A stretch of DNA of 45,894 nt, the filler included, from Jimgerdemannia flammicorona (taxonomy: Eukaryota): the NCBI GenBank assembly GCA_003990765.1. It is 2 parts of 2 records of this genome, joined end to end, with 100 filler letters (N's around TTAATTAATTAA, not from the genome) between each part and the next. Parts side by side here need not be neighbours in the genome. Positions count along the whole stretch, not along the records: positions 1 to 22,902 come from RBNJ01001188.1; positions 23,003 to 45,894 come from RBNJ01001189.1. One strand, 5' to 3'. The notes under the pieces were generated by a model. The model searched no databases and had not been told where the DNA came from. It saw only the letters and a list, made by a program, of their open reading frames with translations. A program made the position numbers and the translations under genes. Positions 12,089 through 23,686 of this stretch are shown in pieces. How positions within the stretch are numbered: position 1 is the first letter of the stretch; each line of letters starts with the position of its first letter.

Positions 12089-13588
12089 ATGTCGGCCACC
12101 TCCTCCATTGTTGGCAATGACGGCATCACCACCCACCTCTTCATGCGCTTCGGCGCCTCTCTCTGCTGTACTGAATGTTGCGGCATCAGTCTCCTTTCCC
12201 TTGGCTTCAGCGAGGGTAGCCTTATGGCGATGTGCAGGTCATATGGAGATGAATGACCGATATCAGTATATTTATCTTCCCTACATGATGCGGAAGATGA
12301 CGAGGAGATCGCGATCTCTTCCAATTCGGACCACAATACCCAGTGCCCTCCCTTCTCTCCCACGCTACCGCTTCTCAATCGGAACAAGTGCGGTTGCCCA
12401 AACACTAGTTTGGGTATGACCCCGACTGCTGCTCATGCAGGCCCCTCAGCCGACCCCAATCTGGTCATGGAGATGGCCATGATGAGAAAGCAGATCTCGG
12501 ACCTGCTGACTCAAGTGGCCGAACTGGCCAAGATCAACACCCAGCTGATGGCCCAGCTTGCTGCGCAGTCTGCGCCCACTGCCCCCTCATCATCTGGTGC
12601 TCCTTCGGGTAGTACCCCTGCTGCCCCTTCCACATCTGCCCCCCCCAAGTCCTCGGCCCTCCCTCCTACTGGTCCTGCTACTAACACGCGGTCGAAGGCC
12701 CAGAAGCGAGCGGACAAGTGGGCCGCTAAAGCTGCTGCGTCGCAGTCTGGTGCGCCACCAAAGGAGGTAACTCTCATAGCTGCACCTTCAGCCACTAAAG
12801 CCGCACCCCCTAAGAAGGGCAAGGCCAAGGCCCCCAAGCCAGTGCCCCAGGTTACGCCTGTGGGACCCAGCACCGCCGGTCCGTCTTCATCCTCCGCTTC
12901 GACCCCCACCCCCCCCAAATCATATGCTGCCACCGCCAAGAAGGTTTCTATTAAGGATAGGACCCAGGCCTACCCTGAGATAGAAAGGGCAGCTGCCGCT
13001 GCCACCCTTTCGCACATGACCCACAAGCTGACCTCTTATTTGTCGCCGACTGAGAAGGGTGCTAGGCTGCAGCACGTATATGTTGATGGATTTGCTCATC
13101 TTAAGATCAGGCAGATCTGGAAGAACTTGTATGATGTCCATGTGATATTGTCAAAAGTTCTCAACATGTTGTACATCTTGGCGTCGACCATCAAATTCCT
13201 CCTCCACCCTGATTATGTCACAGCATTCCAAAAGAAGATAAAGGCACTTGGATTCTCAGTACTGTTGGTCTGGGACCCTGCGCTCCCACAAAACAAGAAT
13301 GCCATAGAGGCCGTGAAGATGCGGGTACTCCAATCCTTCCATACTTGGGTCCGGCAGTTAGCAGGCGAAGCAACTGCGAAGAGGCCTGAGGTGCAGACCT
13401 TCTATCGAGCTTGGGCCACGGAACTTGACCTCACTCTCCCCTCCCCTGCCTCCCCGTCGGCTGGCCCTGCTTCGAAGGCAGGTGGTACCATGGCCATGAC
13501 TGGTGAGATGGCGATGGATTTGGAAGCCGAAGCTTCCACTTCAGGTGCTTCCCATGCTGTTGGTGCTAATGCACCTGACCCACAATGA
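12089..13588 (+). pseudogene. LINE ORF1 (~500 codons): N-terminal CxxC..CxxC-like motif, coiled coil, Pro/Ala/Lys-rich linker, C-terminal globular domain; one in-frame stop at 12254-12256
   Basis: ORFs 12014..12256 and 12410..13588 share a frame. The MSATSSIVG start is conserved in copy D. Confidence 0.8.
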
Positions 13589-16500
13589 GAGTTGGGTTCC
13601 TCAATGCACACGGACTACCCCAGGACAAGTTCAATGTGCTCAGTCGGTTGATTGGTCCTGCCCTCGACATTCTTGTCATATATGAAATGTGGTACATTCC
13701 ACTGCATCCCTCTCTGCTCATTCACATGTCCTCTCCCCTGGTGTCACACAGGATCATGGGCCACCAGAATGGTGGTCTCATGGTCCTCATGTCAAACTGT
13801 TTCACCCCTCTTATTTCCAGGTCCTCCGCTGACCCCTTCCATATCCGGCTCATGTTCCAGAGCCTGGCTTTAGTTGGGTTTATGCCCCCCCCTCTCTTCC
13901 CATTAGTGGCTTCCGTGATCTTGTATCTGGTCCCTTCCAGGGTAAGGCCCTCCTGATCAGTAACATCAATACCTGCTTCGATGCCTGCCTTGGTGATGTC
14001 AACTCTGGCCCTCATGACTGGATGGATGTCATTGATACCTCCTTAATGACATGGTCATTGAACCACCTGACCCCGGTGGCTGGATCTACGCGCGTTGATC
14101 ATGCATTCATCACTATATCCCTCCACACATCCCTCACCTGCTCCACCCCTCCTGTCGCTACCGACCACCCCTCCCTCCTCACTGTCTCCTTCCCCTTCTC
14201 CCCCTCACTAGTTGCTGCCTTGGCTGGCATCTGTCGTTACTCTGCAAGATACCTAACCAATCCAGTTGTTCAAGCTCACCTCTGGGAATCAGCGAATATC
14301 ATTTGCGATACCGTTGTCAGGTCCATCTACTCCATCCAGGATCATGTCACTGGCTTTCACTCTGTGGAAGATCGCCAGCAGTTCGTGGATTCTCTGAATG
14401 CCCTTTTGACCTCTGGTCTACAGTCAGTTTGCAAGGATATTCTTGGCTCATATGACGCAAGAGAGATCAGGGCAGCACCACTCCCCTGGCGGGACCTTCT
14501 TTACAGTGCATCTTCAGTCTCTGATGCCATTTGTGGTTTTAAGCGAGCGTACTGCTCCACCCTCCTTGCTCCCCTTCAATCCTGCTCTCCCTATATTCTG
14601 GTGTTCAACGATGTGGTTGCTTACTTTACCACTATCTTCGGCCAACCGAACACCTCCCTCCATCTCAATGACTCTGAGGATGTCTTTCCCCTTGGCGTGG
14701 GTGCTCTTGGACTGCAGTCTTGGTTTGATCAGCCTGCAGTTTGGAGGGCTATCTGCAGCTACCCCCTCTCAAAGGTCTGTGGAGCTGACTCCTTGTATGT
14801 CCAGATTCTTCGAGTGATAGCAGGTGAGAAGAATGCCCCCTGTAGCCTGTCGAAAGCCTTGTCCTTTTTCTTCCAGATGTGCATGGTTTGGGGGCTCACT
14901 CCCTGCTGCTGGAACTCTGCCATCATCACCCCAGTTCCTAAGAAGGAGGAATCGCATATGATTGATGGATTTCGCCCTATCGCTCTGACTGAAATGTTTT
15001 GCAGACTCTTTGAGCAGTATTTGGAAGAGTACATCAAGAGCCGAAGTGGCTTGACAGAAATGTCATGCTGCCAAGGTGGCTTCTGAACCTGCTTCTCATC
15101 CCTCTCTCATGTCTTGTTATTGCATAAGGCGTGGGCTAAGGGATGGGGCCGCTGTGTCTTTCTTGACCTCTGGCAGGTATATGATCAAGTCCCCCTCAAG
15201 CTTATTCTTTCCCAGCTTGAGGCAAGAGGTGCTGATGCAGCCCTCCTTAGCATTATCCGAAGCCTGTTCAATCACTATTCCTATCAAGTAGTTGTTAATA
15301 GCCTTGTCACCCCTTTGGTCCCCACTGAGCGTGGCCACTTCCAGGGCTCCCTCCTCTCCCCTTGGCTCTTTGACGTCTTTATCGACCCCCTCGCCTCCTC
15401 TTTTGATAAACAGTTCAAGGAGTACAACTTCCCCCTCGGGCTCTTCTTTGCTAATGATATTGCCCTCACCGCCCACACTGCCACGGAAGGATAGAGGATG
15501 GTTGACTTTTGTGAAGATTGGCTTCTGGAGAATGGTATGGAGCTCAACCCCAAGAATTGTGGATATGTTGGCCCAGCTGACTGTTCCATGCGGATTGGAG
15601 GAGAGCCCTGCCCATGACCCCCCTCTTACATGTACGTGGGTGTGCCGTACACTAACAAAGGGTTTGACTTTGTCAGCCTTGCATTACAGAATGCGGCAAA
15701 GGCAGAACACACTCTTGGGTTCTGCCATGCCCGTGGTCCTCTCTGGTCGCCAATGGTCAAGCTGGCCATCCTACGAACATTCATCAGGCCTCAGCTAGAG
15801 TATGGCCTTCCTCTTCTATGAGCTTCCTGTCTGGCAACCACCATGGGGCTTCAGGTGTTGAAGCATCCCGAGCAGGTCTTTGATGATGCTATCACTTGGG
15901 CGGTTGGATTTTCTGGCCAACCCTTGCTTGGCAGTGCGATTCTCGGCCTCCCTTTCTTCCTTCATCATACATCCGACCTCTGCTGTATGTTCTAAGCCCA
16001 TCTGGATTGGTGTAGCAAGTCTGGCAACAACCCCATTGGCCCCCTTAGCGAGCGCTTTGTCACGTGTCCCCCAGGTTCTATTATTGACAAGTTCCAGCAA
16101 TGGACCTCTTGGCTTGACTTCCTCGACTGGTACTGGGACCTCTGTCCCCAGGTCTGCAAGACTTGCTCGCTCTGCTCCTTCCTCTAGTCCTTCCTTTGGG
16201 ATCAGCTGCTGCAGGAATGGGCCTCTTCCTCCCAGGCTCTCATTCAGTATATCACTCCCAAAGGCCGCTTGTGGTCGCGGGGCGCCGGCCGTGTCCTTTC
16301 CTTCCCCCCCCAGCTTGTGTGTTCTGCCCTCGCCTAGCGTTATGGCTACTTTGGCCAATCCTGCTCCTGCCCCTGTGGAGATAAGTTTCATCATGGCCAT
16401 TTCCTCAGGTGCAGTCTTCTCGACGGCTCCTATTCTGCATTCCGAGGTACTTCTGATCATGATGAATAGCTCGATTGGTTTACCAGTGACAAATGGCAGG

Positions 16501-16631
16501 AAGAACTTCATGCCTACCCTCTTTATACTCTTCACGAGATAGCCTACCATGCTATCAACGCTATGTGTAATTCTGGTGGCCACCTCGCAGTCAGGTTTTG
16601 CCTGACCGAGATTACAAAGATGCTTGAGTGA
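13585..16631 (+). pseudogene. LINE ORF2: APE endonuclease, reverse transcriptase, C-terminal CPCG..H..H..C motif; disrupted
   Basis: MRVGFLNAHG, DHAF/TDH, PVPKK..FRPIALTE, QGGF, FLDL..YDQVP, QGSLLSPWLF, FFANDIAL (FADD in copy D), RPQLEYG. Confidence 0.9.
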
Positions 16632-17025
16632 TCGAGCAATCGCACATTTTCTTTATTTCTTTCTTTCCTCTCATTCACCTTGGTTGGTTCTTCTTGTTAT
16701 TGAGAGTGCATTGAGTTATTCATCTCATGTCAGCCATTTGGTGTTCGGGTGTTGATACGGTTCCTGTAGTTGGCACTGGGAGAATGTATATTATATCTTA
16801 GCATTTCTTTTCTTTGCTTTTCGCATTTATTATGTTTACGGCCATGACAAAATGGTTTATCCAGCCCATCCATAGGGTGGTCATCTCTCTGGCCTTTGTT
16901 TTGTACTTCTTAGCTAGTTGTTTACTTCGCTGGCCTTGTTTTGCTTTTCTCATCTTCAGAGTCTTTGCCATTTATTTCTCCGATGTATCTTATCTTCTCT
17001 ACAATGAATGAATCCTTACTTGAAG

Positions 17026-17042
17026 CCTAACCTTAACCCTAA
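17026..17042 (+). repeat. Three imperfect telomere-like units CCTAA-CCTTAA-CCCTAA at the copy C/D junction
   Basis: Read directly. Immediately follows the inferred LINE 3' end. Confidence 0.5.
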
Positions 17043-20000
17043 GCCACTCATGTGATTTCCCATTTGGCTAGACTTGGCTTTATGGTCCAAAGCTATTCCA
17101 AATTAAGAAAGCAGTCACTTTCATTAGCTAAGCCTCTCATCAGGTATAAATACCCCCCTTCCCCATTATTTTTTCATTGTACAAACAAAGGTCAAGTGAC
17201 CTGCATTTCACAATTTCACATAAACAAACAAATACACCTTTACCTATTTCGACAATGTCGGCCACCTCCTCCATTGTCGGTGATGATTGCAACACCACCC
17301 ATCTCTTTGCGTGCTTTGGTGCCTCTCTCCACTGCACTGAGTGTCGCAGCATCAGTCTTCTTTCCCTCAGCTTCAGTGAGGGTAGCCTTACAGTAATATG
17401 CAGGTCATGCAGGGATGCACAACCAATATTGGCATATTTATCTTCCCTGTGCAATGCGGAAGATGTGAGGAGATTTCACTCCCAATTCAGACCATGATGC
17501 CCAGTACCCTCCCTTCTCTCCCATGCCCCCACCCCTCAATCAGAATAAGCACGGTCGCCCGAACACTAGTTTGGGTATGACCCTGATGGCCGGTCATATG
17601 GGCCCCTCAGTCGACCCCGATCTGATCACAGAGATGGCCATGATGAGGAAGCAGATCTCGGATCTGCTGTCTCAAGTGGCTGAACTGGCCAAGATCAATG
17701 CCCAGCTGATGGCACAGCTTGCTGCACGATCTGTGCCCACCACCCCCTCATCATCTGGTACTCCTTCGGGAAGTACCCTGCCACCCCTTCCACCTCCGCC
17801 CCCCCCAAGTCCTCGCCCCCCCCTCCCACTGGTCCTGTCGCAAATATGTGGTTGAAGGCCCAGAAGCGAGCAGACAAGCAGGCTGCTAAAGCCGCAACAT
17901 TGCAGTCTGGTGTGCCACCAAAGGAGGCAACTCCCATGGCTGCGCCTCCGGCCACTAAAGCCACCTGCCCTAAAAAGACCAAGGCCAAGGCCCCTGGGCC
18001 AGTGCCCCAGACTACAGTCCATCTTTGTCCTCTGCTTTGACCTCTGCCACCCCCAAATTGTATACTGCCACCACTAAGAAGGTCTCTATCAAAGATAGGA
18101 CCCAGGCCTACTCCAAGATAGAAAGGGCTGCTGCTGCTGCTGCCCCTTCGTGCATGACCCACAAGCTGACCTCTTATTTGTCATTGACTGAGAAGGGCGC
18201 TAGGCAGCAGCATGTTTATGTCAATGGGTTTGCCCACCTTAAGATCAGGCAGATTTGGAAGAACCTGTATGATGTCCATGTGATGTTGTCAAAGGTTCTC
18301 AATATGTCATATGTCTCGGCGTTGACCATCGAATTCCTTCTCTGCCCTGATTATGTCATAGTATTCCAAAAGAAGATGAAGGCACTTGGGTTCTCAGTAC
18401 TGTCGGCCTGGGACCCCATGCTCCCCTGCAACAAGAATGCCACAGAGGCCGTGAAAGCATGGGTACTCTAATCATTCTATACTCAGGTCCGGCAGTTGGC
18501 TGGCGATGCCACTACGAAGAGGCCTGAGGTGCAGACCTTCTACAGAGCTTGAGCTATAGAACTCGGCCTCACTCTCCCCTCCCCCGCCTCCCCATCAGCC
18601 GGCCCTGCTTCGAAGGCAGGTAGTACTGTGGCCATGACTGGTGAGATGGCGATGGATTTAGAAGCTGAAGCTTCCTCCTCAGGTGCTTCCCATGCTGTTG
18701 GTGCTAACACTTCTGGCCCACAATGAGAGTTGGGTTCCTCAATGCACATGGACTACCCCTGGACAAGTTCGATATGCTCAGTCGGTTGATTGGTCCTGCC
18801 CTCGAGGTTCTTTTCATATGTGAAACATGGCACATTCTGCTGCATCCCTCTCCGCTCATTCACATATCCTCCTCTCCAGTATCGCCCAGGATTGTGGGTC
18901 ACCAAAATAGTGGTCTTGTGGTCCTTGTGTTAAACCATTTTGCCCCCCTCATTTCTGGGTTCTCCGCCGACCCCTTCCATATCCGGCTCATGTTCCAGGG
19001 CCTGGCATTGGTCAGGGTTTACGCCCCACCCTCTCTTCCCATTGGTGGTTTCCATGATCTTGTGTCTGGACCCTTCCCAGATAAGGCCCTTTCGATCGGT
19101 AACATCAATACCCATTTCGGTACCCACCTAGGTGATGTCAACTCTGGCCCTTGTGACCAGATGAATGTTGTCGACATCTCCCTGATGACGTGGTTGTTGA
19201 ATCACTTGACCCTGGTGGCTGGATCTACATGCATTGATCATGCGTTCACTACCACGTCTCTCTGCGCATCTCTCACCTGCTCTACCCCTCCTGTCGCTAC
19301 CGACTACCCCTCCCTCCTCACCATCTTCTTTCCCTTCTCCCCCTCACTGGTTGCCACTTTGGCTGACATCTGCCATTACTCTGTGAAATACCTGACCAAT
19401 CCGGTAGTTCAAGCTCACCTTCAGGAATCAGCGGATATCATTTGTGATACTATTGTCAGGTCCATCTACTCTATCAGAGAGCTGTCACTCTGTGGAAGAT
19501 CCTCAGCAGTTCATGGATTCTCTTGATAGCCTTTTAACCTCTGGTCTACAGTCCATTTGTGAGGACATTCTGGGCTCGTATGATGCAAGAGAGATAAGGG
19601 CAGCACCGCTCCCTTGGCAGGACCTTCTTTGCAGTGCATCTTCAGTCTCCAATGCCATTTGTAGGTTTAAGCAAGCATACCACTCTACTGCCCTCATGCC
19701 CCTCCAATCTCGCTCCCCCAATGTCCCAGTGTTTGATGATGTGGTTGATCATTTCACCACTATCTTCAGCCAACCGGATGCCTCCCTCCGCCTTGATGAC
19801 TCTGAGGACATCTTTCCCCTTGGCATGGGTGCTCTTGGACTGCAGTCTTGGTTTGACCAGCCTGCAGTTTGGAGGGCTATCCACAGCTACCCCCTCTCTA
19901 AGGCATGTAGTGCCGACTCCTTACATGTCCAGATCCTTCAGGTGATGGCAGGTGAGAAGGACACTCCCTATAGCCTGTCGAAAGCCTTATCCTTTTTCTT

Positions 20001-21755
20001 CCAGATGTACATGGTCTGGGGGCTCACTCCCTACTGCTGGAACTCTGCCATCATTACCCCAGTCCCTAAGAAGGAGGAATCGCATACGATCGATGGATTT
20101 CGCTCTATTGCTCTGACTGAAATGTTTCGTAGACTCTTCGAGCGGTGTTTGGAAGGTTATGTCAAGAGCTGAAGCAGCCTGACAGCAATGTCACGCTGCC
20201 AAGGTGGCTTCCAAACCCGCTTCTCATCCCTCTCTCATGTCTGGTTATCACACAAGATGTGGGCCAAGGGATGGGGCTGCCGTGTCTTTCTTGACCTCTG
20301 GCAGGCATACAACCAAGTCCCCCTCAAGCTCATTCTTTCCCGACTTGAGGTGTGAGGTGCTGATGCAGCCCTCCATAGCATTATCTGAAGCCTGTTCAAC
20401 CACTGTCCTTACCAAGTGGTTGTTAATGGCCTCGTCACCCCTTCAGTCCCCACTGAGCATGGCCTTTTTCAGAGCTCCCTCCTCTCCCCCTGGCTCTTTG
20501 ATATCTTTATTGATCCTCTTGCCACCTCCTTTGATGAACAATTCAAGGAGTATGACTTCCCCCTCGGGCTCTTCTTTGCTGATGATATCGCCCTTACCCC
20601 CTACACTGCTCCAGAAGGGCAAAGGATAATTGACTTTTGTGAAGATTGGCTTCTAGTGAACAGTATGAAACTCAACCCCAAGAAGTGTGGTTATATTGGC
20701 CCTGCTAACTATACTGTATGGATTGGGGGCGAACCCTGCCTGCAACCCCCCTCTTACGTTTACCTGAGTGTGCTGTACACTAATAAAGGGTTTGACTTTG
20801 TCAGCCTTGCATTACAGAATGCAGCAAAGGCAGAACAAACTCTTGGATTCTGCTGTGCCCATGGTCCCCTCTGGTCACCAATGGTCAAGCTGGCCATCCT
20901 ACGGACATTTATTAGGCCTCAGCTGGAGTATGGCCTTCCCCTTCTACGAGCTTCCTGCCCGGCTACCACTATGGGGCTTCAGGTATTGAAGTGTCCCGAG
21001 CAGATCTTTGATAACGCTGTCGCCTGGGCGGTTGGGTTTTCTGGCCGTCCCTTGCTTGGCAGTTTGATTCTCAGCCTCTCTTTGTTCCTTTGTCACATAT
21101 CTGACCTCTACTGCATGTTCCAAACCCATCTGAATTGGTGTAGTAAGTCAGGCAACAACCCCATCGGCTTCCTTAGCGAGTGCTTTGTCATGCCTCCCCT
21201 GGGTTCTATCATTGATAAGTTCCGGCATTGAATCTCTTGGCTTGACTTCCTCGACTGGTACTGGGACCTCCATCCCCAGGTCCGCAAGACTCGCCTGCTC
21301 TGCTCCTTCCTCCAGTCATTCCTTCAGAAACAGCTGCTACAGGAATGAACCTCTTCTTCCCAGGCTCTCATTCGGTATATCACTCCCAAAGGCCGCTTGC
21401 AGGCACAGGGTGCCGATTGCATCCTCTCCTTCCCCCCCCAGCTTATGCTTTCTGCTCTCGCCTGGCGTTATGGCTACTTTGGCCAACCTCGCTCCTATCC
21501 CTGTGGAGATAAGTTTCATCATGGCTATCTCCTCAGGTGTGGTCTTCTCGACAGTTCCTATTCTGCATTCCGAGGTACTTCCGATTGTGATGAACAACTC
21601 GATTGGTTTACCGGTGATGAATGGCAGGAAGAACTTCATGCCTACTCTATTCACGCTCTTCACAAGACAGCCTACCATGCTATTGATGCCATGTGTAATT
21701 CTGGTGGCCACCTCGCAGTCAGGTTCTGCCTTACTGAGATTACAAAGATGCTTAG
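17043..21755 (+). mobile_element. LINE family 1, copy D, with putative 5' region (TATAAATA at ~17146); lacks the 3' UTR of copies A and C
   Basis: Colinear with copy C through ORF1 (ATG 17255, stop 18726) and ORF2 (ATG 18723; ETW, VYAPP, FFADDIAL, LNPKKC). Homology ends at ...acaaagatgctt (~21753). Confidence 0.92.
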
Positions 21756-22902
21756 AAGATCAAGGAACACGAAAATTCGTCCCTTTCTCCGCTACCTTAC
21801 CGGTCACAAGGTTTGGTAGGCGACCTTCCAAGTCCCCTTTCCCCTAATATTACCCCCTCTACCTCGGGTTGGTTTGCTGTGCCTGTAGGGGCATGGTGGG
21901 AGGAGGGCAATGGTGTTGAGTTGTCCCTTTATCGGTGTCGGATCGGTGCTTCCTCAACTTTTTCGCAGATTCTGGTACCTTCAGCTACGTCTGGGGTGTA
22001 CCTGTTTTGGTGCAGCGCCTTCTTCCTTTTGCCATCACCAACAAGGAGTTGTCTCGGTGTGTCTCGGGCTACGTAGGGAGTCGGCCGACCTTGGGCATCA
22101 AGTGCTCAGTGTAGGTTACCTGCAGGTCCTCGGTGCCTGTGGTGGGGCCCTCTGGCTTTGGCGAGCTTCCCGGCGAGCGCAGTTCTGACGTAGGTGACTG
22201 CTTTTTGGGTGTTGTCGGGATGGGAGGGGAGATGGCCGTCACAGATAGGCGGAAGGGCAATTACGGTGAACCAGTAGAGTGCCAGGCTGGGGGCGGTCAT
22301 CGGGGCTGGGGCAGGTGCTGCTTCGGTGGGGCCTTTTGATTGGTGCGGCGTGGTTAGGTGGTAGGTGACTCTCTCGGCTTCTTTTGGCAGGTAGCGGGGT
22401 GAGGCCCCAGTTGTCAGGGGGGTCGGGGGGCCTGAGGCTACCCATTTCAGGTATCTTGGCTGCACTCAACTGGAACCGGGAGCTGACACGGCAACGTGAT
22501 CGAGGCCCACAGGCTTGAGTAGTGGGGTATTGGGAGTTTCCTCCCGCCTCACATGGAAGTCCTTTACTCACCTCAACTGGGAGAACCAGGCCCTACCCAC
22601 CGTGTTGTGCTTTGATGAGGGTTTTTATTTGCCTGTCATTCTCTTTGGGGTGGCAGGGGCTATTCTATTTGGCTCGGGCATGGCCTTGTACATACATTGG
22701 GTTCTCAGGCGTGCGCTTTCAGTCATTGGCGTATGGTTGGGTTTCCCCTGGTGGTAGGGAGAGCATGGTGCGCAGAATGAGGTACGGACTTATCAGCCCT
22801 GCTGCGCCTGGTATGGTCGAGCTGCTGGACAATAGCTAGCCTAGGTTAATGGGGGGGCAGTGCTTGGTGGGTGGTGGGGGAGGGTTTTGGCCTATATAGT
22901 CT
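21756..22902. other. Unclassified GC-rich, CpG-intact, hairpin-rich segment running into the gap
   Basis: No recognisable protein in any frame. Several tetraloop hairpins. Composition differs from the flanking LINE. Confidence 0.4.
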
Positions 22903-23002
22903 NNNNNNNNNNNNNNNNNNNNNNNNNNNNNNNNNNNNNNNNNNNNTTAATTAATTAANNNNNNNNNNNNNNNNNNNNNNNNNNNNNNNNNNNNNNNNNN
23001 NN
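22903..23002. other. Artificial contig linker (44 N + TTAATTAATTAA + 44 N)
   Basis: Symmetric 100-bp spacer whose core gives stops in all six frames. Confidence 0.95.
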
Positions 23003-23686
23003 AAATAGGGGGGGGGGGGGGACGCAAGAACGGTTGCGCATCACATACTACTCAAAGGGTTCTGACTAAATGATCTATGGCCATTCACGGAGTCGCGCAA
23101 TGCTTCTTTGCTTATCGTGCAACATGGAATTTCGCAACCAAGATGACACGTCATACTGCTAATCCACATACTCTTGCCACTAGATAGCAAATAATATATA
23201 TCAGTCAACTCTTCAGTAAAACACCAAAGTACCGAGAATTACTCAGTGACAGGATTGGGGTCGTGAAAAACTCAATACGTCAACCACATCTCAGGAGCTC
23301 CTCACGACTTGAGAAGAAGGGCGGTCAAGAATGGACGTGTGCTGGCGGAGAGCGGTAAGTGGTGAACGGCGAGCGGCGGTGATCGAACGGCGATGATCGG
23401 TGAACGGCGAGCGGTGAGAAGCGAGCGACGGTTGAAGCTGATTTATATAATAACAATGTCTTCCTCCGGGCTTTGCTGGATAGGGTTCTTCATCGTCACT
23501 CATCGCCCCAACCGCACAGCCAAGGCCGAACAAACATCATTGTTTTAGACTACGTGTGTGGTTTGTAGATACAGCGTGCGTATATGATTTGCGCATTCAC
23601 GCGCTAAAGGTTCCCATTCTACCCGCCCGACACACCCATAATACCCTATGACGCACCATTTAGCCGCTCACCAGCCTCAACATCAT

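Larger units (their letters stand above)
12066..17025 (+). mobile_element. LINE family 1, copy C: near full-length APE-RT non-LTR retrotransposon, mildly degenerate, T-rich 3' UTR
   Basis: ORF1 plus ORF2 with EN, RT and a C-terminal Cys/His motif. Homology to copy D begins at tacacc (12066 vs 17234). 3' end inferred from shared homology with copy A. Confidence 0.92.

Noticed and set aside
15816..16583. Long antisense and alternate-frame ORFs over the LINEs and JmjC gene (e.g. 15816..16583, 15880..16542, 26320..27048)
   Set aside because: Shadow ORFs of GC-rich coding sequence with no independent motifs.
16814..17011. Hydrophobic 65-aa ORF as a membrane or env-like protein
   Set aside because: A by-product of the T-rich 3' UTR, with a TTG start and no support in copy A.
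22520..22610. HDV-like ribozyme fold
   Set aside because: A P4-like hairpin exists, but I could not find a canonical L3 or a P1 partner by eye.
22786..22800. Hammerhead-like CTGATAAGTCCGT on the minus strand
   Set aside because: Core is CUGAUAA rather than CUGANGA, and no stem II closing with GAAA follows at a suitable distance.
22947..22958. TTAATTAATTAA palindrome as a biological site
   Set aside because: Centred in the N spacer; a synthetic six-frame stop.
22890..23075. Group I intron S-like (tatatagtct) and R-like (gactaaatg) words
   Set aside because: Wrong order, separated by an artificial linker, and no P/Q elements.
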